A DNA stretch of 63,690 nucleotides, the filler included. It is 6 parts of 6 records of this genome, joined end to end, with 100 filler letters (N's around TTAATTAATTAA, not from the genome) between each part and the next. Parts side by side here need not be neighbours in the genome. Positions count along the whole stretch, not along the records: positions 36,171 to 43,448 come from SRR31156797_6181; positions 43,549 to 50,193 come from SRR31156797_6189; 4 more parts are not named here. One strand, 5' to 3'. Positions 39,535 to 48,752 of the stretch are shown here, piece after piece. A program made the position numbers and the translations under genes. Each line of letters begins with the position of its first letter. Position 1 is the first letter of the stretch. The notes under the pieces were generated by a model. The model worked only from the letters and a program-made list of their open reading frames with translations. It was not told where the DNA came from and ran no database searches.

Positions 39535-39603
39535 GTCCGCTATCATTCGTCAATTTTGCGTAGTTTCTACAGCTAACATTATGGCACTGCTTGCTAGATA
39601 TAA

Positions 39604-41703
39604 TTAGTTTAAGAGTGCTTCCTTAACAGTTTTCCCAAGCTGCTCAAAGGAATAAGGTTTCAAGATAAAATATTTGGCACCGAGCTGTAATGCCCTCTTA
39701 ACCTCATTGCTCTCAGAAAAACCACTAACAATAACTGCCTTTGCATCCGGCACTATTTTTTTCACAGCTTCAAATGTCTGTCTGCCGTTAATGCCAGGGT
39801 CCATGAGCATATCTATAATGAATAAATCCGCACGGTGTTTTTTAACATATTCGACAGCTTCCTCCCCCGAAGAAACAACATCTACCCTATAGCCAAGTTC
39901 ACTCAGCATATATGAAGCGATATCCTGAAGGAGCGGTTCATCGTCAACAACCAGTATCTGCTCTTGATTTTTTGACATAAACATCCCCGCCTGGTAGTCA
40001 TGGAGTTCTTCATCTTTTTTTTCCTCGAAAAAACAAGGAAAGTAGAGTTTAAAACAGGTTCCCTTTTCAGAGCTGTCTACAGTAATTTTTCCATCGTGGT
40101 CAATGACCGTGTTATGTACCACGGTCAAGCCGAGCCCTGTGCCGCTTCTTCCCATCTCTTTTTTGGTATAGAATGGGTCAAAAATTCGCTGTTGGTCTTT
40201 GCTGGAAATTCCTGTTCCTGTATCGGATATTTCAACAACAACATACAGGTTGCTGCCCGTTTCCTGGTCATAAGTTTTGATCCTTACCGTGCCATTCGCC
40301 TCAATAGCTTCTGTTGCATTTGCAACCAGATTCATTAAACATTTTTTAATATGAATAGGTGAACAGAGAATAAAAGGATCAATAGCCTTCAAATCTTTCT
40401 CATACACTACCTCAGGGTGTTCTGAGGTTAGCTCTGAAAACTCAGGAGAAGAATAATATTGGTAAATCAACTCATGAAGATTGCTTCTTTCTCTGGTACT
40501 GGCAGCACTTCTAGCAACAGTCAGTAAATCCGCAACTATGGTGGATGCCCTTATGCCGGAATCATGGATAGCCTGTAATGGTTTTGTCAAGTCGCTGTCT
40601 TCTGGTATCTTTTTAAGTAACAGATCGGGGTAGCCGACAATCCCTGAAAGTATATTATTGAGATCATGGGCAACCCCTCCTGCTAATGACCCAATTGCTT
40701 CAAATTTTTGTGCGTGCCTCAGCTTTTCCTTCAGCTCTTCTTTTTCTTTTTGTGCTAGTTTCTTTTCAGAAATATCCCTCACAATGACAAGAATAGAACG
40801 TTTTCCACTAAAATAAATTGTTTTTGCAGAAACTTCTACATCTACCGGGGTGCCTCTTTTATGCTTGTATTTTCTTTCGCCTATGAAGTATTGATCAAGG
40901 ATTGGTACGGTGTCTATGTTGTTATCCACTTCACGGCGATCATGATAAACGATATCGTATACCTGACGGCCTAGTAACTCTTCCTTCGTAAAACCAAGCA
41001 TTTTTTGTAAAGATTGATTGGAATGAAGAATCTTTTTGCTTTTTGGGGCTAACAGAAATATACCCTCAATAGCTTGATTAACTACTGCAGCATACCTCTC
41101 TTCACTTTCCCGTAGCTCTTTTTCAGCCTGTATTTTTTTAATAACCTCTTGCTGCAACAGGTAATTTCTTTCAACAAGTTCACTGGATTTTTCCCCAATT
41201 AAAGTCTCGAGGTCGTTTCTGTGCCGAATGAGTTCCTCGTTTTGCTCGCAGGCTATACAGGAAGTTGCGAGCTTGGATAAGAGTGGTGTAAAAGACTTGA
41301 CGAGTAATGGATCAAGAGCTGGAGAGTTTTTCAGCAGTATCAGCAGGCCGTAACCCGGTAAACTCAGAAAATACAGATGCTTGTTTGGGTTAATTTCAAG
41401 ATGACGGGGGAGTTTTCGGGTAAATTCGTCAAACCATTTGTTGGTAAAATCTTTCGGAAAAAGATCTCTTGCCCGTTGGTAGGATTCTATACGCTGTGTG
41501 TCTCGTGGAATTGAAAAAACCTGCTCAAGGCACATGAGCTCAGATGAGAGGTGTTTAAGGGCTAGCACTCCTCCAGCCTGACAATTTAGTTTCCTTAATA
41601 TTGTTGAAATGCTTTTTCTCAACATATTCTTCAGGTCAAGGCTATGCCCAATAGCCATTGAAAATTCGTATTGAATCTGCAGGTGTTCAAGAGGTGAAAT
41701 CAT
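39604..41703 (-). CDS. hybrid sensor histidine kinase (PAS-HisKA-HATPase-REC)
   Basis: AGGVAHDLNN, NLVANA, DTGTGI, GTGLGL, VVDDE receiver; ATGA-coupled to the FIST gene. Confidence 0.92.
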   Translation of the reverse strand: MISPLEHLQIQYEFSMAIGHSLDLKNMLRKSISTILRKLNCQAGGVLALKHLSSELMCLEQVFSIPRDTQRIESYQRARDLFPKDFTNKWFDEFTRKLPRHLEINPNKHLYFLSLPGYGLLILLKNSPALDPLLVKSFTPLLSKLATSCIACEQNEELIRHRNDLETLIGEKSSELVERNYLLQQEVIKKIQAEKELRESEERYAAVVNQAIEGIFLLAPKSKKILHSNQSLQKMLGFTKEELLGRQVYDIVYHDRREVDNNIDTVPILDQYFIGERKYKHKRGTPVDVEVSAKTIYFSGKRSILVIVRDISEKKLAQKEKEELKEKLRHAQKFEAIGSLAGGVAHDLNNILSGIVGYPDLLLKKIPEDSDLTKPLQAIHDSGIRASTIVADLLTVARSAASTRERSNLHELIYQYYSSPEFSELTSEHPEVVYEKDLKAIDPFILCSPIHIKKCLMNLVANATEAIEANGTVRIKTYDQETGSNLYVVVEISDTGTGISSKDQQRIFDPFYTKKEMGRSGTGLGLTVVHNTVIDHDGKITVDSSEKGTCFKLYFPCFFEEKKDEELHDYQAGMFMSKNQEQILVVDDEPLLQDIASYMLSELGYRVDVVSSGEEAVEYVKKHRADLFIIDMLMDPGINGRQTFEAVKKIVPDAKAVIVSGFSESNEVKRALQLGAKYFILKPYSFEQLGKTVKEALLN

Positions 41704-42842
41704 AGAGAACCAATAACTCCTACGACACATGTTTTGTTGTACATTTCAAGATAATCGCTTCCGCAATTAGCAATTTCACCAAGAGAAAGGATACCTACAA
41801 TGTCGACCCCCTCCTGTTGAACCGCTGCCAATTCGTCTTTAAACTGATCTTCCAGGAAGAGGACTCTTGAAATACAATCAACCAGCAGTATAGTTTTATT
41901 CTCCTCACTGTTGAAATCTCCCACACCCTTTAGTGAAGCATTACTTGCAGCCCTGATCAGTGATTTTTTATCACCGGTTAAGATATCGACGAAAGACTCC
42001 TGTGGTATGGCAGCATTGAAGATCAAGCCCTTTTCTTCCGTGATCCCGAAAGGATCGCGGACTATCATTTCCGACTCAAACTTCATGATCCCCAATGGGT
42101 AGGATTTAGCAATATCAAAAAAGTTACCCTCGGTAATTTCCTGCTTGGTTTGTTTTTCAATCACTGCCTTGTAAACATCAAAAGCAGGTATCCAGTCCAG
42201 AGTTTTAATAGTGTTACCTTCAGACTCGGTGACCTTGTGATGTCCACTTACTGTTATTTCCCACCCATGTTGAACCCCGACACTGCTTTCAACATCAGCC
42301 AACACTAAAAGTGCCCCGTCTTTTTTCGTCCCCCGATTGGTTAAAAGGCAGTAAGTCTGTTCCAAATCAAGTTTATCTGTATTTATGGAACCTGCTCCTC
42401 CTCCAATATAGTTGAACTCCAGCCCAAAAATATTAAAGAGGCTTTCGGTAAAGTCAGCTACTCTATGGGAGTATCCATCCACCAACACAAACATTGTTTT
42501 TGCCCTTCCTACATCGGGAATAAGGGCATCTATTATTTCCTCAAACTCGGTATTGGGGTCACTTAATCCACCAATGAATTGAACGTTAATCTTTTTCTTG
42601 AAACCAATAACTATTGAGCCCTTGGTTAACTTGGACTGCCCGGATATTATAGCAGGAAATATCCCGCCAAAAACCGGTACTGAGATTTTTTGCAGAAGAG
42701 GGTCAAGAGCTTCCGGCACAAACTTATTACCGTCAGCGACAAACAGCAACAGACCACTGATTGTATTATCTTCAAGGATGCTGTCTATAGCGTGTTCAAG
42801 CCCTTGTATGGTACCGGTAAAGTCTACTTTCTTCTGGATCAT
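41700..42842 (-). CDS. FIST N/C domain protein (NosP-like)
   Basis: FGGIFP, YIGGGAG, HGW, PAFDVY, YPLG, VRDP, DCISR, GEIA, YNKT. Confidence 0.88.
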   Translation of the reverse strand: MIQKKVDFTGTIQGLEHAIDSILEDNTISGLLLFVADGNKFVPEALDPLLQKISVPVFGGIFPAIISGQSKLTKGSIVIGFKKKINVQFIGGLSDPNTEFEEIIDALIPDVGRAKTMFVLVDGYSHRVADFTESLFNIFGLEFNYIGGGAGSINTDKLDLEQTYCLLTNRGTKKDGALLVLADVESSVGVQHGWEITVSGHHKVTESEGNTIKTLDWIPAFDVYKAVIEKQTKQEITEGNFFDIAKSYPLGIMKFESEMIVRDPFGITEEKGLIFNAAIPQESFVDILTGDKKSLIRAASNASLKGVGDFNSEENKTILLVDCISRVLFLEDQFKDELAAVQQEGVDIVGILSLGEIANCGSDYLEMYNKTCVVGVIGSL

Positions 42843-43448
42843 ATTTTCTGTTATAAAATCCTATCTTACTTTGAAAATACGCACAGGGCGAGATCCTTTA
42901 TGGGGTGCCCCTGCAAGGCATTCCACAAACTTTATACCCTGTAAGGTTTCCCGAGGTACTCTTCAATTTAATCTTGAGTTAATTTCGCCTAATTAGTTAT
43001 TGAAGCTCAATATCTCCCCCCATGCGCAAGGTATCTGTTATTGATACATGATAAAACAGCTGCAATGACAATACAAATTTATATTGTCATTCATCAAGAC
43101 TGTGTCCTCGAAAACAGAGCACTGATATAACATTTTTCATTCAGGAAAGTAGGAGCTTCCATAATTACGGAGGGAACTATCCCTTTGCTGGACACCATGT
43201 AAGACGATATGGAAATGATTTTCGTCCCAAGGACTAGATTTGTACTACCAACAATAGACAGAACCTAAATCTATCAACTTAAGATTATTCCAGACAGGGT
43301 AGATCTTCCTACCTGAATGGAAAAAGGTAGAAATTGGGTAACTGAGCCTTGGACTTAACATTGCCAAATCCAAGGTATCAATTTCGTATCATTCTCGCTG
43401 GTTAACACTATTTCTGTATCTCTCGGAAAGGAGAGGTTAGAAAATGAC

Positions 43449-43548
43449 NNNNNNNNNNNNNNNNNNNNNNNNNNNNNNNNNNNNNNNNNNNNTTAATTAA
43501 TTAANNNNNNNNNNNNNNNNNNNNNNNNNNNNNNNNNNNNNNNNNNNN
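43449..43548. other. artificial contig spacer
   Basis: N44-TTAATTAATTAA-N44. Confidence 0.99.
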
Positions 43549-44139
43549 TACTTCACGGACATGTCCGAGCATTGCTGAACAACCAATACGTCAACGTTAG
43601 CGTATCCATAGGCTGCTGCGATTCATGGTACATTTGATCATGAATCGAGGGTTATATGAGGAACATTACTCCTGTCAGGAGGTAAGTAAAGTTATTACAG
43701 ATTATTAGACTGTACTGTTGGTAGGTTGATATGATTCTTTTGGAGTGTTTATAGATTCCTACCAGGGGGGGTAGATACTTGATGTGTGATCCAGAAAAAG
43801 GGGCTCACAGGAGTAGCACCACACAAGGCGCATCAGGTGTTTAGTGAATATTCTTATGATTTTCTATCATTTATGAATGTTTACTGATCTCTCTTTGGTT
43901 GTTGGCTAGATTATAATGTTTATCTCCTGCTTGATTTTTTGACCTAGAGAGAGAAAGTCTAATGTATTGGGTAGTGAGTAGACAGTTTATTAATATTTTT
44001 ATGGGGGGGGGGAGAAATAGCGATATTGACTTCGTTGGTGCAGGATGGAAATACTACTAATAGTATTTAAAAAACCGGAGAATAACTTGTCATAATCTCA
44101 CAGCAATAAAGCTTTGGAAATCCCAAAAAGGAGGTAGTA

Positions 44140-44691
44140 ATGAAAATTAAGGCCCCAACAGATTTTGGTGTTTTTGAATGGCAGGTAGACGAAACTAAAG
44201 ATGCTCCCGTTGATGTTGTGGGCGGTGCTGCTGCAGATGTTGAGGTTACTTTAATCGAGAGATCCTCTTCGGATAGAGGGTTTCAAATTGAATTCATTAA
44301 TCATAGTAGTAGTTGGATAAAAATTAGATATCGAACTGCCCAAGTACTTTGCTCGGGTTGGTTCTCCAGAAACTTAAGACCAAACAGAACTAAAACTATT
44401 GAAATTCCTGCTCACCAAATTGGCGTTTGTGAGCCTTTTGAGGCTGAATACCTCAAGAAAGAATCCATATCTGAAGAGTGGACCCAGACGGACCTGAAAG
44501 GAATATTTTACAGATGGGGAGGGCAATTCTCTAATCTTTTGTATATTAAAAACGAGAATGATGAATGGGCTCGTATCGAATATAATGACGGCTCGAGATG
44601 GCGTTCAAGCTTAGTTCCACCAAACTCTGATCATACATGTGAAACTTTAGCAGACAATTCCGGTACATTACTATTTAGGTGGAGAAATTAA
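44140..44691 (+). CDS. hypothetical protein with an internal duplication
   Basis: AGGAGGT RBS; two similar segments N...W.(K/R)I.Y...W.S....PN...T.E. Confidence 0.65.
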   Translation: MKIKAPTDFGVFEWQVDETKDAPVDVVGGAAADVEVTLIERSSSDRGFQIEFINHSSSWIKIRYRTAQVLCSGWFSRNLRPNRTKTIEIPAHQIGVCEPFEAEYLKKESISEEWTQTDLKGIFYRWGGQFSNLLYIKNENDEWARIEYNDGSRWRSSLVPPNSDHTCETLADNSGTLLFRWRN

Positions 44692-44855
44692 ATCCACTTA
44701 TAAAATGTTTGAGAGCACTTAATAAAAATAGTTTTTTACTAAGTGCTCTTTCGTTATTTTGGACCTGCCGGTCAACTCTCCGACCCTTTATCGCGTTCCC
44801 ATCTCACGGGATGCTTTTGCGAACTGGTGGGGCTATTCCTTTTGATGGAGGCGTG

Positions 44856-44996
44856 ATGTCTACAAAACTATACTTTCCCACCGGCCTTTCTGTTGAGCGT
44901 GCTAAAAAGGATGCAAAGAAATATGCAAAGGAGCACGGTAGCAGGCTCTCTTCTGCACTGGATTATATAGCGATGGCCAACTTCATGTTGCCTTAA
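44856..44996 (+). pseudogene. short, probably truncated ORF with a helical N-terminal domain of mobile-element type
   Basis: GGAGG RBS; VERAKKDAKK.AK..G..LSSALD.IA..N; ends after 46 aa. Confidence 0.35.
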
Positions 44997-45414
44997 GAAG
45001 CATATAGCGATTGAAGGTAGTTTTAGGAGTATAGTCATACCCAAATAGCAAAGGAATACTCCCAGGCTTCGATCGAAACTCGGGGATATTTGAGTTTTGA
45101 AAAGATGATCCCATACTGAGATAAAAAGCCATAATTGCTCCAAACTAAAAAACCAAAAAGAATAGGCTGATGCCTAGATTTCTCCTTGGTTTACCTAGCT
45201 TTTTATGGCGGTGGGGTGAGGTCGCCAGCTTTTACGTATAATATTAATACTACGATGAGTGGCTGAAATCAAGAGTGTGCAGCTGCAACTATCTGGTTTT
45301 GTTGCAATTGTGCGTGTTCGACGTATGGATTAAACATGTTCATATATTTCAATGTGCTCAACAGTTCTGAGCATGTAACAATAATATTGAAATAGGAGTA
45401 GCCAAAGCAAGAGT

Positions 45415-45615
45415 TCAGCAGCTTTTTATCCAGGTGATATAACCGGACTCATCATCATTGATGAACACCGAGGCTGTGATGTGCATGGCGTTGACCAGAC
45501 ACAGCCCTTCTCGAATATTGGATTCTCGCAGGCACTCTTCCACATCTTCCGTGATGTTGATGAACGCCCGCCGGGTCGGGATTTCGAAGAACAGTTCTTT
45601 GCGGTATGATTTCAT
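45415..45615 (-). pseudogene. yjbQ: 3'-truncated YjbQ (UPF0047) gene
   Basis: [27 protein letters not shown] then unrelated sequence; about half the normal length. Confidence 0.8.
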
Positions 45616-45617
45616 TG

Positions 45618-46055
45618 TTATTCCTTGATTATTTTTTCCCACTCCCGAACATCCCCATCCACCAGATGAAATAGCGGATGAGCATCAGGTCTTTCGGTTG
45701 CTTGAGATTCTTTGAACCGTTCAGGATCTCGTTTTTTCAGTTTTTTCAACAAATGATGCCATTCGTAGTCGAGTTGGCCCGATGTCTCTTCAATGGAAGG
45801 GGCAGTGGCTGTCTCATCAATCTTGTTCGCGTTGAAATTGTAGTTGCGTTCGCGTGATTCTGTCAGCACAGCGGAAAGGTATGCATCAATGGCGATTAAC
45901 GGATTGGGATGTTCGCGGAAACGGTTGAGTTGCGGGTGGTTTTTATACCCTTTGGTTTGACCATGAAGTACTGCGCGCGCAAGCAGACCTTCACGCCAGA
46001 GCGCGACCAAACCTTTGGCATCAAGGTGTTTGGGATGCACGGTCCAGAGCCGCAC
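45618..46055 (-). CDS. pyrimidine dimer DNA glycosylase/endonuclease V family protein
   Basis: [34 protein letters not shown]. Confidence 0.85.
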   Translation of the reverse strand: MRLWTVHPKHLDAKGLVALWREGLLARAVLHGQTKGYKNHPQLNRFREHPNPLIAIDAYLSAVLTESRERNYNFNANKIDETATAPSIEETSGQLDYEWHHLLKKLKKRDPERFKESQATERPDAHPLFHLVDGDVREWEKIIKE

Positions 46056-46060
46056 AGGCG

Positions 46061-46609
46061 TTACCTCGTTTCGGCCAGATAGCCCAGCTCACGCGAAAAG
46101 TCGTCGGTATCAACAGGCTTGTCATGGAGCAGGTGGCCCAGCCGCATCATAGGGCCGGTAGGAAAATCCTTGGTCCAACGGTCATAGTAACCGGTGAAAC
46201 CATACATCCAGAGCATTTCCGAGGCCTGTGTAAAGACCTGATCTGCAAAGGAACGCCATGTAGTGGTGGTTTTTATTTCCCAGACGGGGAATTCTTCGCC
46301 GTCCACTTCACGCTTGCCCTTGAAGTCCACGGTAATGTCGAGCTTCCCGTTGGGTCTTGGGATGACTGACCAGTAATAGAGCCAGCCTTCACCGCCCCAT
46401 TCGAATTCCGTGTGGCGATAATCTTTTTCCATGTTGGTAGGCGCGTTCAGGTTGTGGACATCACATAAACATCTGAACAGGTCCTTGAGTGGTTCAGAGA
46501 ACGTGGATTGAACGCTCAGATCGTAGTGGGAGTCACTGGCAATCAAGCGACATTCCAACCGACCGGAGCTGATTTCCGGGAAAAAAATCTGAAAACGTTC
46601 GCCAGACAT
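46061..46609 (-). CDS. hypothetical protein
   Basis: GGAGG RBS before MSGERF; first gene of a three-gene operon. Confidence 0.7.
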   Translation of the reverse strand: MSGERFQIFFPEISSGRLECRLIASDSHYDLSVQSTFSEPLKDLFRCLCDVHNLNAPTNMEKDYRHTEFEWGGEGWLYYWSVIPRPNGKLDITVDFKGKREVDGEEFPVWEIKTTTTWRSFADQVFTQASEMLWMYGFTGYYDRWTKDFPTGPMMRLGHLLHDKPVDTDDFSRELGYLAETR

Positions 46610-46822
46610 CCGTACCTCCAAGGAAAATACAATTTCTCAAATCCTACACAACTCCTTTTAGATTAGCAAAAGGAATGGCGTTGAAAGCGACTCTCATTGG
46701 TTTAATGAAAAGGGTGAATTTTAAACCCTGTCAAGATGATTCTTTATACCAATCAAATGATTTTACTCTACATTCAGTCACATTCAGGCGGTTTTCGAAA
46801 AACCCGTGCTAGTTTTTTTCAC

Positions 46823-46924
46823 CCGGCCCGGAGGTCTCGGCAAACGGCCCTTGCGATCATGGCGAAATGGTTTCGCTGACGGTTGCGTGGACACCCGTTA
46901 ACAGGACGCAGCTCGGATACCCGG
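46823..46924 (+). ncRNA. structured 5' leader of the capsid operon
   Basis: About 100-nt nested hairpin with two copies of a GG-C-CC / GG-AYAC-CC internal loop. Confidence 0.6.
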
Positions 46925-46960
46925 ACTCGTTGAGAATTTGTAACGGACAAGGAGAAAACG

Positions 46961-47791
46961 ATGTCCACGACTGTCAGTAATGGTTTTGTAACCCAATATG
47001 TTGAAATGGTGCATCAGGCCTATCAGGCTCAGGGCTCCAAAATGCGTCAGACCGTCCGCCTTCAGAGTGAGGTCGAAGGTTCCAAGTGCGTGTTTCAGAA
47101 AGTCGGTAAGGGTGCGGCTGGCAAGAAAACCCGTCATGGCAACGTGCCGCTCATGAACCTCAATCATTCCAATGTGTCCTGCACGCTGTCCGACTGGTAC
47201 GCTGCCGAGTACATCGACAAACTCGATGAACTCAAGGACAAGGGCGACGAAAAGCAGGTGGCAGCCAATGCCGGTGCCTGGGCTTTGGGGCGCAAGATTG
47301 ATGAGTTGATTATTACCAAGCTCGGCGGTGCTGCCAACGTGGTCGCTGAGAATACGTCCGGCCTGACCAAGGACAAGATTCTTCAGGCCTTTGGCACGCT
47401 GAATGCCAATGATGTGCCGGACGATGGCCACCGTTTTGCCGTGGTCGGGCCGCATCAGTGGAACGAATTGCTGAATATTCAGGAGTTCAAATCCAGTGAT
47501 TACGCTGGTGAACAGTATCCTTGGCTCAAGGGAACTGAATCCCGCACATGGCTCGGTATCACCTGGATGTTTCACACCGGCCTGCCGCTGGATAACGGTA
47601 TGCGTAAGTGCTTTGTCTACCATCGCAACGCTGCTGGTCTGGCCGAGGGCCAGAAGGTCAAGGCATTCGTGGACTGGGTGCCGGAAAAGGCCGCCCATCT
47701 GGTGGACCATATGCTCAGTGCCGGTGCCTGTCTTATCGACCCGGACGGCGTGATTGAAATCCAGTGCGACGACGACGCAGTGATTCTCTAA
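46961..47791 (+). CDS. phage major capsid protein, podovirus-like HK97-fold type
   Basis: FVTQY..VHQAYQ.QGSK.R.TVR, DWYAAEYIDKLDELK, ALGRKIDELII, L.ANDVP, EFKSSDY, W.G..W pattern; AAGGAG RBS. Confidence 0.82.
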   Translation: MSTTVSNGFVTQYVEMVHQAYQAQGSKMRQTVRLQSEVEGSKCVFQKVGKGAAGKKTRHGNVPLMNLNHSNVSCTLSDWYAAEYIDKLDELKDKGDEKQVAANAGAWALGRKIDELIITKLGGAANVVAENTSGLTKDKILQAFGTLNANDVPDDGHRFAVVGPHQWNELLNIQEFKSSDYAGEQYPWLKGTESRTWLGITWMFHTGLPLDNGMRKCFVYHRNAAGLAEGQKVKAFVDWVPEKAAHLVDHMLSAGACLIDPDGVIEIQCDDDAVIL

Positions 47792-47810
47792 GCTCATTTA
47801 AAACTACAAC

Positions 47811-47830
47811 CGGAGGGGGCGACCCCTCCG
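47811..47830 (+). other. intercistronic GNRA-capped hairpin without a U tract
   Basis: CGGAGGGG-GCGA-CCCCTCCG. Confidence 0.65.
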
Positions 47831-47853
47831 CCATATATATGGAGAATTGAACA

Positions 47854-48102
47854 ATGGCATACGTAAGTGAAGACATGCGGCTCATGGGTGGTGTCCCGGG
47901 TCAGCAGTTGTTTCTGTATCGTTCTGAAGACGCTGTAGCATCCGTGACTGGCTCCGGTTATTTTGATGAAGCAGCTATCGATTACACCCTCGGGACTGGC
48001 GACATCATCATCGCCTGCACCGGCGCTGATCAGGCCGAGGCCGTGGATATGTTGGTCGCCACCAACACGGATGGTGTGGTCACGGTAGTCAGCGGCACTT
48101 AA
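47854..48102 (+). CDS. small capsid-associated (decoration/cement-like) protein
   Basis: GG...[17 protein letters not shown]....L..GD.I pattern typical of the gene following this capsid type; GGAG RBS. Confidence 0.6.
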   Translation: MAYVSEDMRLMGGVPGQQLFLYRSEDAVASVTGSGYFDEAAIDYTLGTGDIIIACTGADQAEAVDMLVATNTDGVVTVVSGT

Positions 48103-48153
48103 TCTGTTCGGCTTATAAAGAGTCGACCTGGAAAAGCGTTTCATACTCCTCCA

Positions 48154-48188
48154 GAGGACCTTCTTTCGGGAGGGTCCTCGCTTTTTTT
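48154..48188 (+). terminator. intrinsic terminator closing the capsid operon
   Basis: GAGGACCTTCT-TTCG-GGAGGGTCCTC followed by GC and T7. Confidence 0.85.
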
Positions 48189-48480
48189 GAAAAAGGCTGT
48201 AAATAAAAGACAAATAAAAAAGGCCAATATGGATAAAGGGGATCCTGAGTATACTCGTTGGCTTTTGGAGATAAAGAAAAATCCGCCGTGGAAGAGCAAA
48301 GAAAAGACGCCAACGGAAAAGGTGCAAAGTGTGACGCATCCGTTGGGAGAAGAGGTAGGGATGACGATGTTAGAACAACTGGTGAAGGACAGGCCTTTCT
48401 TATGGAAAAGTGTTGGGTAAAGGACTGAGTCGGCTTGGTGTGCTTACAGATATTCTTGGCAACTCAGATGAGGCTTGGTA

Positions 48481-48699
48481 ATGAAAAGATTGACCAAAGA
48501 ACTCTATGTTGAGTTTTTGATTGGGGTTGTGAGCGGTATTGTTTTCGGAGGAGCAACATATTGGTATAGTCAATCATGGGAGCTTGCTACCGTGGTTGGT
48601 ATTGTCCTTTTTGCCGGAGCTTTGCGGAGTATGAATTCAACGTACAGTGCTTTTCGTCGCAAACCGGAATATCAGAAAGATACCAAGGATAATTCATGA
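48481..48699 (+). CDS. small two-TM hypothetical protein
   Basis: GAGG RBS, two hydrophobic stretches; ACGGGGATG/CATCCCCGT hairpin follows. Confidence 0.55.
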   Translation: MKRLTKELYVEFLIGVVSGIVFGGATYWYSQSWELATVVGIVLFAGALRSMNSTYSAFRRKPEYQKDTKDNS

Positions 48700-48752
48700 A
48701 CAACGGGGATGCCCATTCGGACATCCCCGTCTATTTTGAATGATCGTAAGCT

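Noticed and set aside
42883-42942. Hairpin upstream of the FIST gene as a c-di-GMP riboswitch
   Set aside because: Lacks the conserved motifs of class I and class II; may be a REP-like element.
46961-47791. Encapsulin call
   Set aside because: No family 1 or 2 encapsulin motifs recognised and no cargo gene with a targeting peptide; the motifs and companion gene are phage-like.
46898-48339. Antisense ORFs of 299 aa and 181 aa over the capsid operon
   Set aside because: Shadow frames of biased coding sequence with no motifs; RBSs and terminator favour the + strand.
48187-48420. 77-aa ORF after the capsid terminator as a third phage gene
   Set aside because: Starts within the terminator T tract, has no RBS and no recognisable motif.
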